The notes: a model not told the origin generated them from the letters alone. A stretch of DNA of 64,000 bases from an uncultured bacterium (GCA_964510105.1 CAZEAI010000002.1:90150-154149); one strand, 5' to 3'; shown: positions 17,806 through 28,356, counted from the first letter of the stretch. Made by a program: numbers and translations.

Positions 17806-19728
17806 CTATGGGAACTGCCGCCATGTCGGGTACTGGTCCTCGTCGGGGCGTCCGAGCAGGCTCACGCGCTCGTGCAGGTTCAGTATCTGGCGGCGATCCA
17901 GCATGGCGACGATCTTCCCCGGTTCGTCGGGGGCGACGACAGGCAGGGTTGGCCGGTCGAACAGATCGAACTTGTTCATCGCCGAGTCGAGCGTCTCGTC
18001 CGGGAAGAGCGGCGTGTAGTTCGACGAGACGAGGTCCGCCGCGACCAGCAGCTCGGGGACCTCCGTATCCGACGCCTCCGCGACATCCGGCAGGCTTATC
18101 ATGCCGACGAGATTGCCGCCCGAAGCGACCACGGGGAAGTCGTATGACCGGGCCCGCCGGGCCGTGCTCACCACTTCGGCCAGCGACGCTCCCGGGCTGA
18201 GGTAGACGTAGTTCGCGAACATCGCGTCCGATACGTGCAACCGGCTGAGCAACCCCAGATCCAGACCGCGTCCAACGTGCCGGCCCGAGCGCACGAGCTT
18301 CTCCGTGTAGATCGACTCCCGGTCCAGCGCCCTGGCAACCGCCATGCTCACAACCGTGGCGAACATGAGCGGCAGAATGATGCTGTAGTTGTCCGTCATC
18401 TCGAAGACGATCACCACGGAGGTCATCCACGCGTGCGTCGTCGCGGCGACGACCGCACCCATGCCGACGAGCGCGTAGGCCCCGGCGACCGTGCCCGCCG
18501 CTGCCCCTGCCAGCGCGGGAAACGCTGCCTCCACACCGTGCCCGAACAGGCCGCCGACCATGGCGCCCAGGAACAGTGACGGAGCGAAGACACCTCCGCT
18601 CCCGCCGGAGCCAAGCGTCAGCGATGTAGCCAGCGGCTTGAGTAGAATGAGCGCGGCCAGCGCCGCCACCGTGAGTTCGCCATGCAGCGCCTCACCGATC
18701 GGGACATATCCGCCGCCGAGGATGCTCGGGCTCACCAGCGCGAGCAGTCCAACCGCCAGGCCACCGATCGCCGGCTTCAACCACTCCGGAATGCGGAGTC
18801 GGTCGTCGAATGCACCCTCGAACGCGTAGAGAAGCTTTGTGAAGCCGATGGCAGCGACGCCGCACGCCGCTCCCAGCGCCAGATAGTTCAGCAGCTCCCA
18901 CGACGCAGTGAGCTCGTACGGCGGTACGGTGAACGCCGGGTCGGAACCAAGGAACCGTTGCGCCACCACCGAAGCGAGGACCGCGGAGATTACCACGGGG
19001 CTGAAGGTCTGGATGCGGAAGTCGCCGAGTATCACCTCAAGCGCGAAGAGAACTCCCGCGATCGGCGCGTTGAAGATCGCCGAGATTCCTCCCGCCGCGC
19101 CGCAGCCGACGAGTACCTTCACTCGGTCGCTTGAAAGTCCAAACGCGCGGGCGAAACGCGACCCAAGCGCGGCGCCGATCTGAACGATCGGGCCCTCCTG
19201 CCCGGCGGAACCTCCCGACCCGAGCGTGATCGCCGACGCTATCGCCTTCACCACGACGACACGCCCTCGCAGACGACCACCCTTCGAGGCCACGGCGTCC
19301 ATCACCTCCGGCACTCCGTGGCCCTTCGCCTCGCGGGCGAATCGGAAGATGATCGGACCGACGATCAGGCCCCCCAACGCCGGTATGATCGGCAACAGGA
19401 ACCAGAGCGCGGCATTCGTTTCGCGAATCCAGTCGAGAGTGGCGAAGAAGGCATGGTGCGCGAAGTCGAGCAGGAGCGAGAATGCGACCGACGTGAAACC
19501 CGCGCCGACTCCCACAAACGCCGCCAGCAGGAGCATGAGGGCGTTTGGGTTAAGCTGCGCCAACCAGCGTCCGCTTCCCACGCTCACGCGTTTGAGGTGT
19601 GCGAATCGGCGGTACCACCACGCGCGAACGGCGGTCACGACAGTTTCCGATCGAAGCTGATGGGGTACATCTGACGCATCGTCACACGCGAGGGGTTGGA
19701 GTGCGAATCGTTCTGGAACGGCCCTCAA
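17806..19728 (-). CDS. ClC-family voltage-gated chloride channel/antiporter with C-terminal CBS pair
   Basis: GSGGSAGQEGP and GAAGGISAIFNAPIAG selectivity motifs, multiple transmembrane helices and two CBS-like modules. The track start at 19728 is TTG, so the true start is uncertain. Confidence 0.85.
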   Translation of the reverse strand: MRAVPERFALQPLACDDASDVPHQLRSETVVTAVRAWWYRRFAHLKRVSVGSGRWLAQLNPNALMLLLAAFVGVGAGFTSVAFSLLLDFAHHAFFATLDWIRETNAALWFLLPIIPALGGLIVGPIIFRFAREAKGHGVPEVMDAVASKGGRLRGRVVVVKAIASAITLGSGGSAGQEGPIVQIGAALGSRFARAFGLSSDRVKVLVGCGAAGGISAIFNAPIAGVLFALEVILGDFRIQTFSPVVISAVLASVVAQRFLGSDPAFTVPPYELTASWELLNYLALGAACGVAAIGFTKLLYAFEGAFDDRLRIPEWLKPAIGGLAVGLLALVSPSILGGGYVPIGEALHGELTVAALAALILLKPLATSLTLGSGGSGGVFAPSLFLGAMVGGLFGHGVEAAFPALAGAAAGTVAGAYALVGMGAVVAATTHAWMTSVVIVFEMTDNYSIILPLMFATVVSMAVARALDRESIYTEKLVRSGRHVGRGLDLGLLSRLHVSDAMFANYVYLSPGASLAEVVSTARRARSYDFPVVASGGNLVGMISLPDVAEASDTEVPELLVAADLVSSNYTPLFPDETLDSAMNKFDLFDRPTLPVVAPDEPGKIVAMLDRRQILNLHERVSLLGRPDEDQYPTWRQFP

Positions 19729-19896
19729 ATGTACCGAACCGCCCGCCGCGCGCCAATGGACGGTTCTATCATGACGCTATGAAGAGGGCTCGTTTCGCGC
19801 GCGACGGAAACGGGTTATCTTTTACCCTCTTCACCAGGAAGACGCCGCGCCAAATCGTGGCGCGCTGGGGCACGGCCACCGTCGGGGGACGTTCGC

Positions 19897-21873
19897 ATGC
19901 CAAGCCGGTATTGGGTCCGCGCATTCTATACTGCGCTTACGAGTAGCAAGGGCGTCGAAGACGTTCTCGCCTTCTGCAAGAAATCCCAGGCCCACGGTAT
20001 CCTGCTGCTCACCCACAGCTTCGACACCGAACCGGCACTCCTCCCGCCCGACGAGGTACAGAAGCGCGCGGCCGCCCTTCGCCGCCTCGTACCGGAGTTC
20101 AGCCTGGCGGGTCTGGAGGTCCACATCAACGTCATGAGCACGCTCGGTCACGGACCGCCCTCGCCCACGACGGTGGAGAGTCTCGGATTCGCTCCGATGG
20201 TGGACCACCTGGGGAATCCGTCCCCAACAACTCCGTGCCCGATGGACCCGGCATTCCTCACTTATGCGGCGGACCTCTACGCGGCGATGGCCGCCACCGG
20301 AGCGACGGCGATCTGGGTTGACGACGACGTTCGCTATGCGGGCCACGACACGCCGGGCACCGGGTGCTTCTGCGAACGGCATCTCGAGGCTGTTGGCGAA
20401 CGTCTGGGGAATCCCATCACGCGCGAAGAACTCGTGCCGCTCCTCTCCACCGACGACCCCGTACCGAACCCGGAGGGCATGGTCTGGCACGGCGTCAACG
20501 CCGAAGCAATCCGCGAATGTGCCACCACCATTCGCAAAGCGGTGGATGGTGTGTCCAGGAAGATCGAGCTGGGCCTCATGACCGTTGGGGCCACCGCGCA
20601 TGCCGCCGAGGGACGCGACACGCCGGAGCTGATGGAAACGCTCGGACCCAAGCAGACGCGCTGGTTCCGTCCAGGATCGGGCTTCTGGAACGACGAACGT
20701 CCACTGGAAGTGGTGAGCAAATCGGAGGATGCGTTCCGTCAGGTCTGCGTCGCGGGCGAACGTATCCGGCCCGTAAGCGAGGTCGAGAACTACCCGTACA
20801 CCAGCGGCGGCAAGTCGCGGACGATGCTCCGACTGGAGCTTCAGCTCAATGCGCTCGCGGGCCTGCACGACCAGAGCCTGAACCTGTTCGACGGGCTGCA
20901 CGGCGTCCGCGAAGGCGATGACGAACTCGCCTCCCTGCTCTCGGAGACGAAGCCGCGGCTCGACGCCCTTGCCGAGGAGATTGGCGGAAAGCGCCGCGCG
21001 GGAATCGGCGTCGCATTCGAGGAGGCCGTCGGAGCGTTTCTGCCACCGGGCGGAACGCGCTGGTTCGGGCGGCAACACTGGGACGAGAACCTCGCCCGGC
21101 TCGGACTACCCCTCGGGGAGCCGACCGGCGCACCACATCTGGTAACCGGCCTCATGGCGAACGTCGTCGGGCCGGAGCAGGTGGAGCAGCTCGTGTCCGA
21201 GGGACTCATTCTAGATGGCGCCGCCGCGTGGCAGTTCCAAGAGCGAGGCATAGCGGGGCTGATCGGGCTGAAGACGGTCCGACCGGTGGAAGGCTGCGGC
21301 TACGAGCGATTCACCGGGGACGCGCTGAACGGGGCCTATGCCGAGCGTCTGATGGCGTGGCGGCCGAGCGCCGGTGACACGCCGACCTACGCTCCGGAGC
21401 CGGCGTCGATGTCCGCCCGCATTGTGAGTCGACTCTTCTCGCTGGGCGGGTCCGATCTCGGTGCCGGCATACTGGCGTTGCCACGGGAAACAGGCGGACG
21501 AATCGTGGTGCTGCCGTGGGCTCTGCCCCATGCGAGCCAGATCGTGAACGGTCCGCGCCGAGCGCAGATGCAGGCACTCGTGCGCTGGGTATCCGGGGGA
21601 GCGCTGCCCGCGACCGCGCACGGCAGTCCGAACTCCTACCCAATCGTCTGGACGAACGAGCAGGACGACGAACGCCTCGTCGCCGTGGCGAATCTTTCGT
21701 CCGACGCCGCCGAGGAGATCGCCATACGCTTGGATGGCGGCAGTTGGGCCGTCGACAGCCTCGACGAAGCCGGCACGTGGAAACGGAGCGACGCGGTTGT
21801 CGCCGGTTCGAGTTACCGCGCCGGCGTGAGGCCGTGGAGCGTCGACGTGCGGCGCCTCAAGCGCGCCGGCTGA
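19897..21873 (+). CDS. Large hypothetical protein (658 aa), possibly carbohydrate-active
   Basis: Balanced composition. ATG is preceded by GGGGGA. The opposite-strand ORF 19831-21078 is Arg-rich shadow. No family recognised. Confidence 0.65.
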   Translation: MPSRYWVRAFYTALTSSKGVEDVLAFCKKSQAHGILLLTHSFDTEPALLPPDEVQKRAAALRRLVPEFSLAGLEVHINVMSTLGHGPPSPTTVESLGFAPMVDHLGNPSPTTPCPMDPAFLTYAADLYAAMAATGATAIWVDDDVRYAGHDTPGTGCFCERHLEAVGERLGNPITREELVPLLSTDDPVPNPEGMVWHGVNAEAIRECATTIRKAVDGVSRKIELGLMTVGATAHAAEGRDTPELMETLGPKQTRWFRPGSGFWNDERPLEVVSKSEDAFRQVCVAGERIRPVSEVENYPYTSGGKSRTMLRLELQLNALAGLHDQSLNLFDGLHGVREGDDELASLLSETKPRLDALAEEIGGKRRAGIGVAFEEAVGAFLPPGGTRWFGRQHWDENLARLGLPLGEPTGAPHLVTGLMANVVGPEQVEQLVSEGLILDGAAAWQFQERGIAGLIGLKTVRPVEGCGYERFTGDALNGAYAERLMAWRPSAGDTPTYAPEPASMSARIVSRLFSLGGSDLGAGILALPRETGGRIVVLPWALPHASQIVNGPRRAQMQALVRWVSGGALPATAHGSPNSYPIVWTNEQDDERLVAVANLSSDAAEEIAIRLDGGSWAVDSLDEAGTWKRSDAVVAGSSYRAGVRPWSVDVRRLKRAG

Positions 21874-21884
21874 TCGCGGGAGCG

Positions 21885-22592
21885 TCACTCAGGAGACGCG
21901 GCGCCCTGAACGCTCTTCACGCGGGAAATGGTGGGGCGAGCCGCCACGCCCGGCCGGGCTGACACGCCGATTGGGGCGGGGCGCGCGTAAACCCGAATGT
22001 CCGGGCCGTCGCCATTCACCATCAGGTGATCGATCACCACCTCGCCGAGAAAGCTGTCGATGGCAATGAAGCTCGTCTCGTAGGCGGCAAACGCGACGTA
22101 TTTCCCGTCAGGCGGACCGACGAGATTCCTGACGCTCTGCTCCGCCCCGATGAGCCCCGTAGCGGTATCCAGGACGTCGTACACCTGGTAGAATTTCACC
22201 GAGTGCCCCAAATTGCCGCCAGCAGAGTCGGACCCGAAATAACGCTCGGTATGCACGTTCTGCACGGCGTCGAACCACACCTCGACCGGCTCTTCATACC
22301 GGTCATCGCCGTCACGCCCGTATCGTTCTTCCATGGTATTCGCGCAGATGGCGAGATAGGACACCGTGTCCAGTTCGCCAAACTCGAACACAGACGTGGC
22401 CTCCGCACCACCAAGATGAACCAGATCACTCTGATACGGCAGGTACTGGGGTGGATCGTGCCTGTGAAACTCAGATGGCGAGGCGTATACCTCGTAGTGC
22501 CGGGGCGTCGGCGCAGGGGCGTTCACTGTCGTGGAGCACGCCGCGATCAGTGCCGCGGCGACAAGCGCCACTGCCGGGGGACGTATGTGCAT
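21885..22592 (-). CDS. Hypothetical lipoprotein
   Basis: 235 aa. Signal peptide with lipobox ALIAACS. No domain recognised. Confidence 0.65.
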   Translation of the reverse strand: MHIRPPAVALVAAALIAACSTTVNAPAPTPRHYEVYASPSEFHRHDPPQYLPYQSDLVHLGGAEATSVFEFGELDTVSYLAICANTMEERYGRDGDDRYEEPVEVWFDAVQNVHTERYFGSDSAGGNLGHSVKFYQVYDVLDTATGLIGAEQSVRNLVGPPDGKYVAFAAYETSFIAIDSFLGEVVIDHLMVNGDGPDIRVYARPAPIGVSARPGVAARPTISRVKSVQGAASPE

Positions 22593-22607
22593 GGCGCGTG
22601 CTTTCCT

Positions 22608-23366
22608 TCAGGTGAGGCCGAGATCGAGCGGCCAACCGCGCAGCTCATCCAGGGCCCGCTCATTCGTCAGGTCCATGTGTAGCGGCGTTACCGAGACGTA
22701 ACCCCGCTGAACGGTGGCATAGTCCGAGCCATCGTCGCCCACCCACTCCGACACATCCCCGGCGATCCAGTAGTATTCCCGCCCGCGCGGATCGTGACGC
22801 CGTACGACCTGGTCATGGTAGTCGCGTCTCGACTGCGTGGTGACTCGAACTCCCTGAATCTCGCTCACCGGGACATCCGGGACGTTCACATTGAGTAGCG
22901 TATCGGCCGGAAGCCCCCGGTCGAGCACCGTGCGCAGGATGCTCGCGGCGACCGTCGCGGCAGTGTCGAAATGCGTCTTGCCATCCAGGCTCACCGCTAT
23001 GGAGGGCAGGCTGAGAAGTGTCCCCTCCATGGCGGCAGCGACGGTGCCGGAGTAGGTCACGTCGTCGCCCATATTCGTCCCGGCGTTGATGCCCGACACG
23101 ACCACGTCCGGCGGTTCCGCCAGACCTCCACGGACGGCGACGAGTACGCAGTCCGTCGGGGTGCCGTCCACTTTGTAGACACCGGGATCGACCTCGTCCA
23201 GGCGAACGGGCCTGTGAAGCGTGAGGGCGTGGCTCGCTCCGCTCTGCTCTCGGTCGGGCGCGACGACCACCACTTCCCAGTCATCGCCCGCTTCGAGAGC
23301 GTGGCGCATCGCGCGCAGGCCCGGGGCGTAGAAGCCGTCGTCGTTCGTGAGAAGGATGCGAGTCAC
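22608..23366 (-). CDS. surE: 5'/3'-nucleotidase SurE
   Basis: N-terminal ILLTNDDGFYAPGL signature, 252 aa. GTG start overlaps the murB stop (GTGA at 23363-23366). Confidence 0.9.
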   Translation of the reverse strand: MTRILLTNDDGFYAPGLRAMRHALEAGDDWEVVVVAPDREQSGASHALTLHRPVRLDEVDPGVYKVDGTPTDCVLVAVRGGLAEPPDVVVSGINAGTNMGDDVTYSGTVAAAMEGTLLSLPSIAVSLDGKTHFDTAATVAASILRTVLDRGLPADTLLNVNVPDVPVSEIQGVRVTTQSRRDYHDQVVRRHDPRGREYYWIAGDVSEWVGDDGSDYATVQRGYVSVTPLHMDLTNERALDELRGWPLDLGLT

Positions 23367-24304
23367 TGTGCCCCCTGGGTGTCATCGGGCGACTCCTCGC
23401 CCAACCATATCACCTCGCGTTCGAGGTCGACGCCGAATTCCTCCGCCACCCGTTCGCGCATCCAGCGACTCAGCTCGGCGACGTCGGCGGCACTCGCGGA
23501 GCCGCGGTTCACGATGATGTTCGCGTGTCTCTCGAACACCGCGGCATCGCCGACATTGCGCCCGCACGCGCCCACACGGTCCAGCAGGAGCCCCGCGGCG
23601 ATTCGGTGGTCCGTACGCGGAAGATCAAGCTCCTCGATGAGCCGCAGTCGCGTCTCTTCATCCGCGATATTCTCGAAGAACGATCCCGCAGTCGGCTCGT
23701 CCTTCGACGGGTGCTTCGCGGCGCGGGTCGCCAGAATCCTCTCGCGTTCCTCCAGGAGGCCGGCCCGGTAACCCGTCTGGAGCGCGAATTGGGCCTCCAC
23801 AACGAGGTCGCCGGTTTCCTTCAGCGCGCTTTCCCGGTAGCGAAACCGTAGATCCTCCGGCGTCATGCTGCGCATCGAGCCGTCTCCGCCGAGCACCGTA
23901 GCGCTCACGAGTCGCTCGCCGACGCTTTCGCCGTACGCCCCGGCGTTCCCGTATACCGCGCCGCCGACAGACCCGGGTATCCCCGACATCGCAGCGATGC
24001 CCGCCAGGCCCTGGTCGACCGAGGCCGCCACTGCGTCGTCCCAGCTTTCGCCGCCGCCGCAGCGAAGTGTCGTTCCGTCGATCGCGAGGCCGGCGATTCG
24101 AATCACCGCGACGATGCCGGGCACCCCGTCGTCGGCCACGACTACGTTGCTCCCGCCGCCGAGACACGTCACCGGAACGGCGAGCGCGCGGGCCTCTCTG
24201 AGCAGCAACGACAGTTCATCGACTGTGCGGACGGGCGCCAGAAGCTCCGCCGGACCACCGATACGGATGGTCGTGTGGTCCGAAAGGGGGACATCCCGTT
24301 CCAC
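23363..24304 (-). CDS. murB: UDP-N-acetylenolpyruvoylglucosamine reductase MurB
   Basis: 313 aa. FAD-binding PCMH domain (TTIRIGGPAELL, LGGGSNVVV) and C-terminal MurB domain (AGSFFEN..., GDAAVFERHANIIVN). Confidence 0.9.
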   Translation of the reverse strand: MERDVPLSDHTTIRIGGPAELLAPVRTVDELSLLLREARALAVPVTCLGGGSNVVVADDGVPGIVAVIRIAGLAIDGTTLRCGGGESWDDAVAASVDQGLAGIAAMSGIPGSVGGAVYGNAGAYGESVGERLVSATVLGGDGSMRSMTPEDLRFRYRESALKETGDLVVEAQFALQTGYRAGLLEERERILATRAAKHPSKDEPTAGSFFENIADEETRLRLIEELDLPRTDHRIAAGLLLDRVGACGRNVGDAAVFERHANIIVNRGSASAADVAELSRWMRERVAEEFGVDLEREVIWLGEESPDDTQGAQ

Positions 24305-24488
24305 GGGCAGACCGGCGCGGACGAGCGTCGCGGCGAGGCGGTCCGACGCTGTGTGGGTATGGTGCGCTCCAACGCTCAGATTGCCCTCCGCCGTGTCGCG
24401 TGCTGGGAGAACACAAATGTAGCCTCCGTTGGCTCCCGGTTCAAGGTGACGAGGGGTAGAGCGAGCCGAGGCCGCACGCTATATTGTG

Positions 24489-24568
24489 GCGTATGCCGCT
24501 CGATCGTAGCGTATGCCACACGATCGCGGCGGAAGCCACACGATCGCGGCGGAAGCCACGCGGGCCTC
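24489..24568. repeat. Tandem 20-bp repeat array (about 4 units, 2 of them perfect) upstream of ald
   Basis: The units are gcgtatgccgctcgatcgta / gcgtatgccacacgatcgcg / gcggaagccacacgatcgcg / gcggaagccacgcgggcctc. GCCACACGATCGCGGCGGAA is exactly duplicated head-to-tail (24515-24554). Each unit carries a CGATCG palindrome. The array ends 78 nt before ATG 24646. Confidence 0.85.
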
Positions 24569-24645
24569 ACGAGGGCTCGCCGGATGACAGGGCTCCCAGC
24601 AGGGGCTCGAACACGAGGGTGCTAGTGCCCGCGAAAGGAGATCCC

Positions 24646-25752
24646 ATGCGCGTCGGAATACCCAGAGAGATCAAGAAGGCCGAGAGCCGTGTCGCCATTG
24701 TACCGGCCGGAGTGCATCAGCTCGTCGCCGCCGGACACGACGTGTTTGTCGAGAGCGGCGCGGGCGAGGAAAGTGGATACGTCGACGACGCGTACGAGGT
24801 CGCTGGAGCGACCATCCTCCCCAGCGCGGGTGAGACATTCGCCGCGGCGGACATGATTATGAAGGTCAAGGAGCCGCAGCCCTCAGAGTACGACCTGCTG
24901 CGCCCAGATCAGGTGGTATTCACCTACTTCCACTTCGCCGCCGACGAAGGGCTCACGCGTGGGATGATGGATCGCCGGATCGTCGCCATCGCGTACGAAA
25001 CGGTGCAGACGCCAGATGGCGAACTGCCGCTGCTGATCCCCATGAGCGAGGTCGCCGGCCGCATGGCGGTTCAGGAGGGCGCGAAGTTCCTCGAACGACG
25101 CATGGGCGGTCGCGGTATACTCCTCGGAGGCGTGCCCGGGGTGCCACCGGCGACGGTACTCGTCCTGGGTGGCGGCATCGTCGGACAGAATGCCGCGATT
25201 ATCGCGGCCGGGATGGGCGCGGACGTCACCGTGCTCGACATCAACCTGCGGCGGCTGCGTTATCTCGATGAGATCATGCCGCAGAACGTCAAGACGATGA
25301 TGTCGAACCACTACAACATCGCCGCGCTGCTGCCTCACGCCGACCTCGTCGTCGGGTCCGTGCTGATTCCCGGGGCGAAAGCGCCGAAGCTCATCACGCG
25401 GGAGATGCTCGCGTTCATGAAGCCCCGGGCCGTGATAGTCGATGTAGCCATCGACCAGGGCGGCTGCATCGAGACCTCGCGGCCGACGACTCACGAGGAT
25501 CCGATCTACGACGTGGACGGCGTCGTCCACTACGCAGTAACGAACATGCCGGGCACCGTCCCGCACACGTCGACACTCGCCCTGACGAACGCCACGCTAC
25601 CGTACGCCGTGGCCATCGCCAACGAAGGGTGGGAGGCAGCGGCACAGCGCGACGGCGCAGTACGTCACGGACTCAACATGGTGCGAGGGAAGATCGTCCA
25701 CGAGGGCGTCGCCGCGGCGTTCGGGATGCCGTGGGAGGCGTGGGAAGGATAG
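24646..25752 (+). CDS. ald: Alanine dehydrogenase
   Basis: MRVGIPREIKKAESRVAIVPAG N-terminus and NAD motif VLVLGGGIVGQNAA, 368 aa. Start moved to ATG 24646, behind AAAGGAG. The track start at 24484 would read through the repeat array. Confidence 0.9.
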   Translation: MRVGIPREIKKAESRVAIVPAGVHQLVAAGHDVFVESGAGEESGYVDDAYEVAGATILPSAGETFAAADMIMKVKEPQPSEYDLLRPDQVVFTYFHFAADEGLTRGMMDRRIVAIAYETVQTPDGELPLLIPMSEVAGRMAVQEGAKFLERRMGGRGILLGGVPGVPPATVLVLGGGIVGQNAAIIAAGMGADVTVLDINLRRLRYLDEIMPQNVKTMMSNHYNIAALLPHADLVVGSVLIPGAKAPKLITREMLAFMKPRAVIVDVAIDQGGCIETSRPTTHEDPIYDVDGVVHYAVTNMPGTVPHTSTLALTNATLPYAVAIANEGWEAAAQRDGAVRHGLNMVRGKIVHEGVAAAFGMPWEAWEG

Positions 25753-25769
25753 CGACGGCGCTCCATTCC

Positions 25770-28151
25770 TCACAGCTCGACGCGTATCCCGAAGAACGGC
25801 ATGCTCGGCAGCATGTAGCTGACCAACCTGCTACTGTAGTCGTCGTTCCAGTAGTACTCGTAGACGTTCCGGCGATTGAGCACATTGATGATCTCCAGGT
25901 ACACCAGGAAGCTCCTGCCTTCACCCCAGGTCCGCTCCCATCCCAGCCGCAGATCCAGCCGCCGGTAGCTCGGATTCCGTCGCGAATTCGTCTCTCCCCA
26001 GACGACCTCGCCGCGCTCGTCGAAGCGCGTGTCCCCGTGCTCATCCACCTCCACCGGCGTCCATGGAAAGCCGCTTCCGTAGGCGTATTTCACGTCGATC
26101 GCGGTCCGCAGGGTCGGTCGCAGCCGGCAAACGACATTGAGGGTGTGTCGCTGATCGAAATCCCGGAAGTAAGGTTGCTCCTCCGGTGTCTCTTCCTTGG
26201 TGTAGCTGTACGAGTAGCTCACCCAGCCGGATAGCCTGGACTGCGATGAAGGTTTCTTCTGAAGGAACAGCTCAAAACCACTGGCAAAGCCGCTCCCGGA
26301 GTTGTTGGGGACATCGTTCTCGGTGGAATCGGTCAGCACGACGAGATCGTCCAGCGATTTGTAGTACCCTTCCACCTTGGCTGTATAGCCTCGCCCGGCG
26401 TCCCATTCGAGTCCACCGAGGTAGTGTATCGATTTCTCAGTCTTGAGCGTGATCGTTTCGAACAGGTTCCACTCGATATTCCGCTCGAAACGCTCGAAGA
26501 GAGAGACGAACGTCGGCGCCTGATAGTGGTATCCCCAGCCGCCGCGCAGCGCCAGAGCCTCGTGCAGCATGTAGGTCAGCGAGAGCCGGGGGCTGTAGAC
26601 GGTCTCCCGGGTGAACGTCGAACGATCGACACGACAGCCCACCAACGCCCGGAACAGCGGCGCGAACCGCTTCCACTCATCCTGGACGTAGAACCCCGAC
26701 AACGTCGAGGCGTTCTGAAATCTGAACTCCCGATGCACGATTGCACCGTCTTCCGCTCGATGATCGTCGGGATTGTCGGAGTAGTAGCGCGCCGAATCCT
26801 GGTTCACTTCGGCGGTGATGTCGGCGATCTCATTGGCGATGGACACTCCCGCCTGAATGGAGTGCTGCCTGGAAGCGATGTGCAGGAGGTCCTCGTCGAT
26901 AGCGAGCTTGCGCATGTCGATCCCAAACTCGATATCCTGATCCTCCGTTGCGGCCCCGAAGGACCACGAGTCAGTGAAGTGAGAGAGCGTCAGTTCGGAC
27001 AGCGTCACGTCGGATATGGCGCTGGCCCAGCCGACGCTGTATAGACGGTTGTCGACCCCGCTGGTCAGGCTGAATTCCTCGTCGTCCCCGAAGAAGCTAT
27101 CCTCGTCATCATCCTCGACTTCCAACTCCTTGAGTTCCAGGCCTTCCCGCGAGTCCAGCAGATTCACCTGCAGCTTCTGAGTAGGGGACAGGTCGTAGAC
27201 GAACTTGCCCTGCAAATCCCTGAAATAAGGCAGTACAGTGCCTTCCGGCAGCTCGTCGAGATTGTTGAGCAGCAGATCGTAGTAGGTGCGGCGACCTGCC
27301 ACCAGCCAGGTACCGTCCCCGTCGGAGAGTGGCATCGGACCTTCGGCCAGGCCGCGCATGTCGATCAGGCTGACGTTGCCGTGGAAATGGTGTCCGAATC
27401 GATCTCCTTCGCGATTGTCGACCTTCAGCACGGCGGACAGCTTGTCTCCGTACTCGGCGGGAAAGCCGCCCGGCATCAGCTCGACGTATCCTACCACGTC
27501 CGGGTTGAACATGCTGACTGGACCGCCGAGCATTTTCATCCGGTACGGATTGAACACAGCCACGTCGTCGACGAGGATCAGATTCTGATCCGGCGTGCCT
27601 CCGCGCACGTAGAACTGGCTGGCGTAGTCGGCGCGCGCGATCACCCCGGGCAGGGCCTGGACGGCGCGAAACAGGTCCTCCCCGCCTCCCGCCATCGTCC
27701 TGACCTCGCCCGGCCGGATGGCGCGCACGCTGGGCCTGGTCTCCTCCTGCACCGAGGGGCTGCGGCGTCCGGTGACCGTCACCGTTTCCAGCTCGATGGG
27801 CCGCGCCTCGAGCGCGACATCGACCGTGACAATCGAATCCGCGACTACTCGGATGCCTCGAACGATCTCGTCGCGGTAGCCCATCATCCGCGCCACCAGT
27901 CGATGCCGACCGACGGGAACTCTCTCGATACTGTAGACGCCCGCCGTATCGCATATTCCACCCAGGCGCAGTCCCTCTACGGTCACGGCCGCCCCGACGA
28001 GGGGGCCGCCGGTCTGCCGATCCGCGACCCGGCCGCTTACCCGACCCGCCGTCGGTGAGTCAGCAACGGCCGGTCCAGCGGCGAACAGAAGACCGCACGC
28101 CAACAACGATATCAACCCCGCGGAAATGAAATCACCGGCGCCTCTGTACAT
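25770..28151 (-). CDS. TonB-dependent outer-membrane receptor with N-terminal CarboxypepD_reg-like domain
   Basis: 793 aa. Signal peptide, then a carboxypeptidase-regulatory-like beta-sandwich (GRVSGRVADRQTGGPLVGAAVTVEG...GVYSIERVPVGRHRLVARMMGY), then plug and beta-barrel with alternating aromatic strands. GGAGGA RBS. Confidence 0.85.
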   Translation of the reverse strand: MYRGAGDFISAGLISLLACGLLFAAGPAVADSPTAGRVSGRVADRQTGGPLVGAAVTVEGLRLGGICDTAGVYSIERVPVGRHRLVARMMGYRDEIVRGIRVVADSIVTVDVALEARPIELETVTVTGRRSPSVQEETRPSVRAIRPGEVRTMAGGGEDLFRAVQALPGVIARADYASQFYVRGGTPDQNLILVDDVAVFNPYRMKMLGGPVSMFNPDVVGYVELMPGGFPAEYGDKLSAVLKVDNREGDRFGHHFHGNVSLIDMRGLAEGPMPLSDGDGTWLVAGRRTYYDLLLNNLDELPEGTVLPYFRDLQGKFVYDLSPTQKLQVNLLDSREGLELKELEVEDDDEDSFFGDDEEFSLTSGVDNRLYSVGWASAISDVTLSELTLSHFTDSWSFGAATEDQDIEFGIDMRKLAIDEDLLHIASRQHSIQAGVSIANEIADITAEVNQDSARYYSDNPDDHRAEDGAIVHREFRFQNASTLSGFYVQDEWKRFAPLFRALVGCRVDRSTFTRETVYSPRLSLTYMLHEALALRGGWGYHYQAPTFVSLFERFERNIEWNLFETITLKTEKSIHYLGGLEWDAGRGYTAKVEGYYKSLDDLVVLTDSTENDVPNNSGSGFASGFELFLQKKPSSQSRLSGWVSYSYSYTKEETPEEQPYFRDFDQRHTLNVVCRLRPTLRTAIDVKYAYGSGFPWTPVEVDEHGDTRFDERGEVVWGETNSRRNPSYRRLDLRLGWERTWGEGRSFLVYLEIINVLNRRNVYEYYWNDDYSSRLVSYMLPSMPFFGIRVEL

Positions 28152-28356
28152 GTTTCCTCCAGGTCCCGTGGGAGCATACCGTAACGATCACGTCGTCGTG
28201 GCAGGAGACCAAGTGCGCGTCGCCTTGGATAGGATATCTGACCGCCCCGCAGTCGCGCCGGGCCAATCTCCGGCCGCTTGGCCCGAGCCCCATTCTCCCT
28301 GAGCTTTCCTGACGTGGGGATTGTATCATAGACGATTCAGGAAGAGGAGTCGACTC

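Noticed and set aside
19831-21078. 415-aa minus-strand ORF opposite the 658-aa hypothetical gene.
   Set aside because: It has an Arg-rich, low-complexity translation (e.g. RRRSGGGHRRVEVRR). The plus-strand ORF is longer, has balanced composition and has an RBS.
24489-24568. Considered whether the 20-bp repeats are a CRISPR array.
   Set aside because: The units are directly abutting with no spacers, there are only about 4 of them, and no cas genes are nearby. This is a tandem repeat, not a CRISPR.
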